From contig OZ024742.1 of NCBI GenBank assembly GCA_964016885.1, positions 97,030,001-97,094,000 on the forward strand: DNA of 64,000 bases, written 5' to 3'. The notes beneath the pieces are model-generated. The model made no database searches, was not told the DNA's origin, and was given only the letters and a program-made list of their open reading frames with translations. This document shows positions 55,681 to 64,000 of the stretch, one piece after another. This DNA is from Eledone cirrhosa. Lineage: Eukaryota. Both the position numbers and the translations under genes were made by a program. Every line of letters begins with the position of its first letter. The first letter of the stretch is position 1.

Positions 55681-56094
55681 TATAAACATATCGTATATCG
55701 CTTGATATACAAAATACTCATACTCACTCATACAGGCTATGTTAGGGCAAACATCTTCATTCTATATTTCAGCTGAGTCAGCCTATAGCTCTATAAGCAA
55801 ATGAGGCTAAACAGCTAAGGTAGATAGGTGTCAAAACTATATGTTTTCGCCTATATTGACTTCTGGCAGAGAGCAGGGCAAGGGAGCACTGTCTTGATAA
55901 CGAGCAGAGTCAGAAACGAGGTGGTCGACGGTACCACCCCTTACTTCTGCTGGGACCCACTGGATGGCACGACTCATCGATTTGAAAATTCATAGTTGAA
56001 GGCTTTCAAAATGTCTAATTATAAACATACTGTATATAGCTAGATATACAACATACTCATACTTATACATATAAGCTATGTTATAGCGAACAAC
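55681..56094 (+). repeat. ~339-bp unit with a partial tandem duplication and a central hammerhead-like motif at 55888-55932
   Basis: 55681-55753 resembles 56020-56094. Motif: actgtc-TTGATAA-cgagcagagtca-GAAA-cgaggtgg-TC-gacggt. Confidence 0.55.
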
Positions 56095-56652
56095 TTAAAT
56101 ATATACTATGCTGTGCATGACTCTGTAATCGCATATTGAGCAATTCGGTATATTGACGAAAATAGTATCTAACATCGTTATTTACAACACACATCGACAC
56201 GCACAAATATATGAAGTTGTACAACTCTTTTTCCGCAATTAGATTTTAAAATGCATTTATTACAAAAAATGATCACATATACTATACTAAGTTGCATTCA
56301 CGCACACATTTTTTCTTTACTTCTTTTCACTTCATAAACCTTGTTTGTAAATAACATTATTCTTTCTGCACCATTTCTTTAACATGTGCAACACCACCAT
56401 TCTACACCAATACATACCACTATCGTTTGATAATGCATAAAAATGCTGAAACCGGTAATAGACAATTATTAAATATACAAATAGATAAATAAATGCCATT
56501 GTTAATTAATTAATAAATCAACTAATACCTTAACACTTCACACAAAGTAAAACATTTCGTTTTAATTATTTTCTAACCCAGAAAAAAGAGAGAGAGAAAG
56601 AAAAATGGAAACAATATATTTTTCTTCCTAATAATCGTCTCTTTCTCCCTGT

Positions 56653-56710
<58 letters not shown>

Positions 56711-56714
<4 letters not shown>

Positions 56715-57434
56715 GTGGACTGGTTCTAAAAATATTGGTTGCCAGGAGAGAAGGGGGCCCACCTACATATAGAGTGCTATCATTTAATTTTTATAATGGA
56801 CAAATAACATTTTCGAAATATACATAAGTCGAAACAAAACAGTGCACTCAAATTTTTGCGGGAAAATATCTTTCCTTCACCAATAAAAAATAATATGCAT
56901 TTTGCGATATATAGAGACCTTCAATAATGACAAGAAGTCGACCCTAAATAATACTAATAGCTCTAGGAAAGCCATGGACGACACCACATCTTTTTAACTT
57001 TGATTTTGAAAGTAGGTTTATAATTATCAATTTTCATTATACTTTTGTAGATGTCTCGGTGGCCTAGTTGGAGGAATCATAGTCGATGGTGATCCTCGTC
57101 TGAAGTTTGATCCTAGTCGGGAGTAGGGTTCCCGGTAAAGCTTTTTCTTTTTTTCAATTGGTTGTAAAATAAAAACTGAAAAAGGTTACATGTCTTTTGA
57201 CGAAGATTGAACCCAAGGCAAGGATCTCAACCGTCTCTAGTACCTAGCGCTAGGCCACAGAGACAATTACGTAGACCATACGGAAATCTTACGAAAATTC
57301 ATACATGTAAACCTACTTTCAAAATTTTCAAAACAAAGTGTTGTGGTATCGTTGATGTCTTTCTTAATGTTATTGCTCCTATTTATATATATATTTTTTG
57401 CATGTCAGTTAGATTCAAACTTACAATGGTTGGC

Positions 57435-57440
<6 letters not shown>
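56711..57440 (+). mobile_element. Non-autonomous DNA-transposon-like family (pieces also at 32440-32658, 33060-33710, 59220-59335)
   Basis: Copies share a CAGTGGCGGACT-like terminus and internal homology; the 32-33 kb pieces are in reverse orientation. Confidence 0.55.
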
Positions 57441-57516
<76 letters not shown>

Positions 57517-57610
57517 CTTGATCACCTTGACCGACCAGTCAGTCGGGCACCATTCCGCGCTACTGGTCACAGCACGTGCTGTTTTAACCATAATATGACG
57601 CCATCCCACT

Positions 57611-57659
<49 letters not shown>

Positions 57660-57828
57660 AACCAGTAAGACCCCGACAGCTGAGCTCAAGCCGTTTCGAA
57701 TTAGCCGTCGAAACGGCTTGAGCTCAGCTGTCGGGGTCTTACTGGTTCCTATTACCCACTCTACTACCTCAAGTATTGAGTACTTTGGTGCGTTATGGTC
57801 CACCTGGTTCCTTACCACATTTCCTTCG

Positions 57829-57883
<55 letters not shown>

Positions 57884-57964
57884 TTATTCTGGGTTGAATC
57901 GGAGCTAACCACAGTAAGTAAGGTACACAATACATAGCAGAGTATAAAAGCTTTAATATAGAAG

Positions 57965-58015
57965 AGCTTCTACAGGATTAGAACTGTTTCATTCGTGAGA
58001 AATCATCAGGAAGCT
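57965..58015 (-). ncRNA. Type I hammerhead ribozyme
   Basis: agcuuc-CUGAUGA-uuuc(ucac)gaau-GAAA-cag(uucuaauc)cug-UA-gaagcu. Confidence 0.8.
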
Positions 58016-58641
58016 GGCTGTCCAAGTAGATGGTAGTATTTATGTCTTTCCTTATCTGGTGGTAGGAGATGGTGGGGATTGGGATGGGTGTAGGTCATTG
58101 GTTGAAGGATTTACAGAAAGGGGATTCATTAAAAGCTAATTCTTTAAAGCTATAATATTAACAAAGGCAGAAAGAATACTGTAAACAAGTTCAAAATTGG
58201 AATACCAATCTTTGTTTATCACTTAAAGTAACAATGACAGTAAGACAGGTGTCTGCAGGATGGGTGGCGTTCAATGGTTTAAAGAAAAGGGAAATGCTTT
58301 AGAAGCTAATTCTTTAAGGCTAAAATGAGGGTGACAAGGCAGAAAAGGTTCCATCAACAGATTCAAGTGTTGGGGTGAACCACCTATAGTGAAGTTTCTC
58401 TTAATATATATTCCAGGTGTCGACAAACACATTCAAATACGCGCCCACTTACACACATACACAGACTTACACGCACGCACACACAGGCAGGCACACACAC
58501 AACAAACATACATAATGGTACATACACACATGCAAATGCATACATACACATATACATATATATGTGTACATACATACGTATACATATACATATATATATA
58601 CATATACACACACACACACATATATATACAAATATATATAT

Positions 58642-58680
<39 letters not shown>

Positions 58681-59140
58681 TACATATACAGATATATACA
58701 CATACATACACCCATACATACATACACAGACATATATATACATACATATAGACATACATATACACACATATATACACATATACATATATACACATACATA
58801 TACATTTACACACACGCACACACACGCACACACACGCGCGCTCTCATTAGCTTCTAAAGAATTTCCCTTTTCTTTAAACCATTGAACCCCACCCATCCTG
58901 TAGACACCTGTGTTACTGGCATTGTTACTTTAAGTGATAAACAAGGATTGGTATTCCAATTTTGAACTTGTTTACAGTATTCTTTCTGCCTTTGTTAATA
59001 TTATAGCTTTAAAGAATTAGCTTTTAATGAATCCCCATTCTTTAAGTCCTTTAACCAATGACCTACACCCATCCCAATCCCCACCCTTTCCTACCACCAG
59101 ATAAGGAAAGACATAAATACTGCCATTTACTTGGACAGCC

Positions 59141-59191
59141 AGCTTCCTGATGATTTCTCACGAATGAAACAGTTCTAGTTCTGTAGAAGCT
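59141..59191 (+). ncRNA. Type I hammerhead ribozyme
   Basis: agcttc-CTGATGA-tttc(tcac)gaat-GAAA-cag(ttctagtt)ctg-TA-gaagct. Confidence 0.8.
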
Positions 59192-59536
59192 CTTCTATAT
59201 TAAAACCATATATGTATACAGTGGCGGACTAGGTCTAAAAATGTTGGTTCCCAGATGAAGGGGGCCCAACTACATATAGAATGCTATCATTTAATTTTTA
59301 TAATGAATAAATAACATTTTCATAAAATACAGTTTGCGGATTAATGGTGATTTATATTTCTTTAATGAAATATATACAAGGAAGATTAATCATTTCTAAA
59401 AGGTAATATTTGAAGCTCTAGTTAAACTTTAATTAGTTACCTACCTAGCTATGTGTGATTACACACTTTACAAATTATCCCCTATGATTGTTTCATGTGT
59501 TTATTTTAAATATATATATGTCAATCAATTTCTAGT

Positions 59537-59640
<104 letters not shown>

Positions 59641-60404
59641 ATAGGCGTGAAAAATGAAAATAAACAGTGTTCAATCAGGAATGAGAAATGATATATTGTA
59701 TTATTTATTACAATCTGTTGATATGGGCAATATTGGGCCTTGAAACCTGAGGTAGTGCTTTGTTCAGGGTCCTGATATTAATAAATAATATATTATATAG
59801 CCGGTGATTGTTTACCTCCTATTCCCTGTCACGTGACACTGAGAGTGGAGGTTACTACTATAATAACGACTTTATACCAACACAGTAGGCTCATATTAAC
59901 CAGTTCAAAAAAGGTTAATACCTCGCTGATGAAGCTGTTATACATAATACATAATACTTAATAATATTACCTAATGTCTGTGCATGCACCTCCTTGTGTA
60001 TTGTCGCTAGCGGAAGGGGTAACATAAACTAATGCATTAGTCCTGGGTCATAGTATATAACTCTATTCCCAAACAAAACTGTTTTTCTCACTATTTAACT
60101 TAAAGTGTGCACTCTGCTTTCCTTTTGGCTTGTATCTTAATGATACTGGCTTAATTGAAGCTTTAAGCGAGTGGGAAATCGATCAAAGGTTTTTCGGTCC
60201 TTTCGATGACTTCGTTTCACAGTCACCATGTTTAATAGCATAGTGTTATGTCCCTTTAAATTCTGTGTTCAAATCCCACCTAGGTGAGCTTTGCCTTTCA
60301 TATTTACGGGGTTGATAAAATAAAGTACCAGTCATAAACAGGGTTCGATTTAATCGACTTTACCGTCCTCCAAAATTGCTGGCATTGTGCCTCTAGTAGA
60401 AATC

Positions 60405-60453
<49 letters not shown>

Positions 60454-60508
60454 CGTTTCTGAATTTGTTTAACAAGATTCTTTATCTGAAAACGTGTGCT
60501 GAAACCGA

Positions 60509-61131
60509 TATTGTTATGCTTTGGGAGGGTCATGTTGCCAATAAGAAGCACACACACCAGTTGTTTTCCCTTCAATTTATTATAAATTAAATTTATAAAT
60601 TTAGGAATTTATAAATTTCCGGTTGGTTGGTTGGTTCCACAACCAGACGATTGTTCATATATTGTCAAAGTTCTTTCGTCACACATTCTGTGACCTCTTC
60701 AGTGACTGGGGATTCTTTTCACAACTTACAATTAAGGACAAAAGGAAAACACACACACACATAGAACAAACAACCAACCAGTAACATGTAAATAAACAAA
60801 TAAATAAACAAACATAAACACACACAGACACCCGGATGTAACACATGCGCAAACTTAGCACACAACACACACAAAAACAAGATGGCGTAGGACAGAACAA
60901 AGGAGAGGCACAAAAACAAAGAAAAGAATCCCCAGTCACTGAAGAGGTACAGAATGTGTGACGAAAGAACTTTGACAATATATGAACAATCGTCTGGTTG
61001 TGGAACCAACCAACCAACCGGAAATTTATAAATTCCAAAATGTATAAATTTAATTTATAATAAATTGAAATGAAAACAACTGGTGTGTGTGTTTCTTATT
61101 GGCAGCATGACCCTCCCAAAGCATAACAATA
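60509..61131. mobile_element. Fold-back element with minimal hammerhead motifs at 60664-60706 (-) and 60935-60976 (+)
   Basis: Arms 60509-60719 and 60922-61131. Motif: gtca-CTGAAGA-ggtcac(agaatgt)gtgac-GAAA-gaac-TT-tgac. Confidence 0.72.
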
Positions 61132-61831
61132 TATATATATATATAACATCATCATTCAACTTACGTTTTCCTTGCTAGCAAATGTATATATATAACCAAA
61201 ACCAAATGAATATGGCCGTTGATTTTTTATTGATATATATATATTTTAATTTATTTATTTACTCATTCATTTATGGTGCTATGAATCTCTATTTGGTGGG
61301 AAAAGATTAGATAAAAAACAATATGATGCATTCAAAGCGTAACAGTTTAAATATTTATTAACTAACTCCTTACAGATTGCAATATCGTTGTTTTCCCTGT
61401 GGAAATATTAAAAATTATTTTGAAAATATCTGCAGGAAAAGAAACAGACTTACAATCTGTAAACAGCTTGTACATATGTAAATATATACATGTAAATATA
61501 TATACATGATTTATTGATTTATTGATATTTTATCTGAGTGACCCGAATCTTCCTGATCGTAATTTTTCGGTCGTATGGTTGATTTTAGACATAATCTATG
61601 TGTGTTGGTATTTTAACGATAGTTATAGCTCTGATTTATCTGAATTATTGAGCCCTCTGCCACTCATGTCGAATTTTGTTTATCGTGAACTCGTGCGCCG
61701 ATTTTTCGATACTCGATTATTCTACTATATACATATATATATATATTTACGAATATATATATATATTGTTTGTGTTTCCTTTACTTTCTAAACACTCGTT
61801 CTTAGTAACCACACAGCCTTGTCCCGTTCAA

Positions 61832-61866
<35 letters not shown>

Positions 61867-61868
<2 letters not shown>

Positions 61869-62210
61869 AAGCACATGGCTTAGTGGTTAGAGCCTTGGAA
61901 TCGAAAGGTGAGTTCAATTCTTAGACCACGGTGATGTGTTGTTTCTTTGAGCAAGACGCTTTATTTCACATTGCTCCAGTTTACTCAGCTGTAGAAATGA
62001 GATGATAGGGACTGGGGTCCATATAATTTCACTGCAAAGTGGTCGTGGAGGTGCCACAACAAAAAAAGCACCCAGCACTCACTGTAAATGAGGTTGGTGT
62101 TAGGAAGGGCATCCAGCTGTAGAAATCAAGCCAGAATCAGTTCCCGTCTCACCCTTACAAGCAGGGAAAAAGTGGACATAAAATGAAATGATGATGATGA
62201 TGATGATGAT
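61867..62210 (+). mobile_element. SINE family 1 copy
   Basis: A box 61876-61886, B box ~61910-61920, RTE-like tail with (GAT)n. Confidence 0.82.
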
Positions 62211-63616
62211 ATATATATATGTACTTTTAAAGAAATAAGACAAATACAGATATGCAAAAACACATAGGCTTATTAGTATCATGCTTAGGAGGATTCGGTG
62301 CTTCAGATACGCACACTCACACACATATGCGCGTGTGTGTGAATGTATATAAGTCTTAGTCGACTGGACTAATGGAAGAGGTACATCTAGGATGTGGTAG
62401 TGAAGCTGAACATCACGACAGAAATTACAAAAGATTGCATGGTTTGGCTCCATGATTTAATGGTGAAGAGTTGCTATTGGCATAAAAATGAAACATGACT
62501 CATTCACCCTCTCTCTTCTTTAATGTGCTACCACAGTAACTAACTTCAACATCACTGCCCTTCTTCCCAATCACACCTATTATACACCAATGATGTACTT
62601 TCTTTGTAAAGTGGTTGGTGATAAGAAGGTCATTCATCTGTAGAAACCATGACAAACAAAGGATCAAGTAGACTTTTTACTTATGCCAAAGATGACAATA
62701 TCTCTAGTGCAGATGTTAAGAGAAAATGTATTTGGTGCACTGTGTGTGTATATATAGAGAGACACAGATTTTGGGAACATATTTAATCAAGATATGACAT
62801 CCAGCCCATCTGAGAAGTCAGTAGCTCCAATTTAGCACTGAATTGGTTTCTGTCCAGCTGTCGAATTCCTGTGAAGAGAAATGGAATGAATTAGCTGTGT
62901 CATGTTTTGAGTAAAGATGAAAACTAAGTGGGGGAGAGAAATGATAGAAATATATGTAGAAGGAAGTAGAGAAAGAGGATGACCAAAAGGTCAAGGCTAT
63001 ATGTGATGGATGAGGAAACAAAAACACAGGGGTTAGTGTTGAAAGGATTCAGAGGATAGAGCAAATTAAAGAATCTTGCCATGGTGACCACAAAGTTAAC
63101 TCATGGTTTATCAGGGAAATAATATTAAAATGCTTGTGATGTTGTCTGATCTGTTTGTACTGGACATACTCAGGTAGGTTTCTACAAACAATGGGAAGGT
63201 CTGCTCTAGTGTTTTATTATGCAATATTCATTTGTTTGGTCAGTTTAATATAAAAACTAAGCAATCAACATATGTGATATTATAAGGGCAGGCCAGTACA
63301 TCGTTTATCAATCACTAGTTTGTACTTTGAAATAAAGAGTGGAATAACAATCAAGAGAAGAATGAATAGTTGTTTGTAAATAAGTGACAAGGTAGTATGT
63401 AATGAGATTTATATTGAACAATAGCAATCATCGTTATTGTTTTATGTTTGCCTTTTTCAATGCTAGTATGGTCTGGATAGGTTTTCTCCAGCATAGTATC
63501 TGACCACATGTGACTACTTTGTCATCTTCTTCCTGATGTTCACAGATTCTTCCAAACACTTCATCTTCTGAGATAATTTGTCACTGCCCACTTAAATTAG
63601 CCAGATATTTAATGCA

Positions 63617-63709
<93 letters not shown>

Positions 63710-63711
<2 letters not shown>

Positions 63712-64000
63712 CATCATCATCATCATTTTAATGTCTGCTTTCCCTGCTAGTAAGGGTTAGACAGATTTACATAGACCAAGTCAATACTGAAGCAGTGGCT
63801 ACTGATCCCCAGACAAACCAGTGATCTGTCATTTCACTTATGTACGACCATGCAGCCGGGATGTTTTCATGTCTTTGACACAACTGACAGTCCTCCCAAC
63901 CCTTTGTTTGGCAAGCTTTCTTCAGCTGGATGCCTGTGCTACCACCAACCTTTTTATAGCATGTACTGAGTGCATTTATCGTGTAGATCACTATCACTAG
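63710..64000 (-). mobile_element. RTE/SINE 3' tail fragment
   Basis: (CAT)n, then TTTTAATGTCTGCTTTCCCTGCTAG, and CAGCTGGATGCC..CACCAACC as in the other copies. Confidence 0.6.

Larger units (their letters stand above)
57881..59205. mobile_element. Long fold-back element with ~350-bp arms and hammerheads on both strands
   Basis: 57953-58312 is the reverse complement of 58846-59203. Spacer includes (CA/TA)n. Confidence 0.8.

Noticed and set aside
61867-61935. tRNA gene
   Set aside because: A/B boxes belong to SINE heads; no complete cloverleaf, and it continues into the SINE body.

Overview
AT-rich, repeat-saturated animal DNA with no confidently callable host gene. The SINE families, (GAT)n-tailed RTE LINEs and dense (TA)n/(CA)n tracts suggest a cephalopod such as Octopus (inference only). 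Most entries in the ORF track are microsatellite or antisense artefacts. Real coding remnants are two 5'-truncated RTE LINEs with a PHD-like finger after the RT core, older RTE/CR1/mariner fragments, a near-full-length Tx1-clade LINE with two 3' stubs stacked in an (ATCT)n/(TC)n tract, and at least four Penelope-like (GIY-YIG) fragments. The main hidden signal, read by eye, is about 20 type I hammerhead ribozyme (HHR) motifs from several unrelated sequence families. They occur (i) in Penelope termini, (ii) in many short fold-back elements inserted in (TA)n that carry HHRs on both strands, and (iii) in a ~445-bp tandem retrozyme-like array with a dyad double-octamer motif. Two families show the compensatory U3-A8 core (UUGANAA). 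All folds were paired manually; none has been computed or tested.
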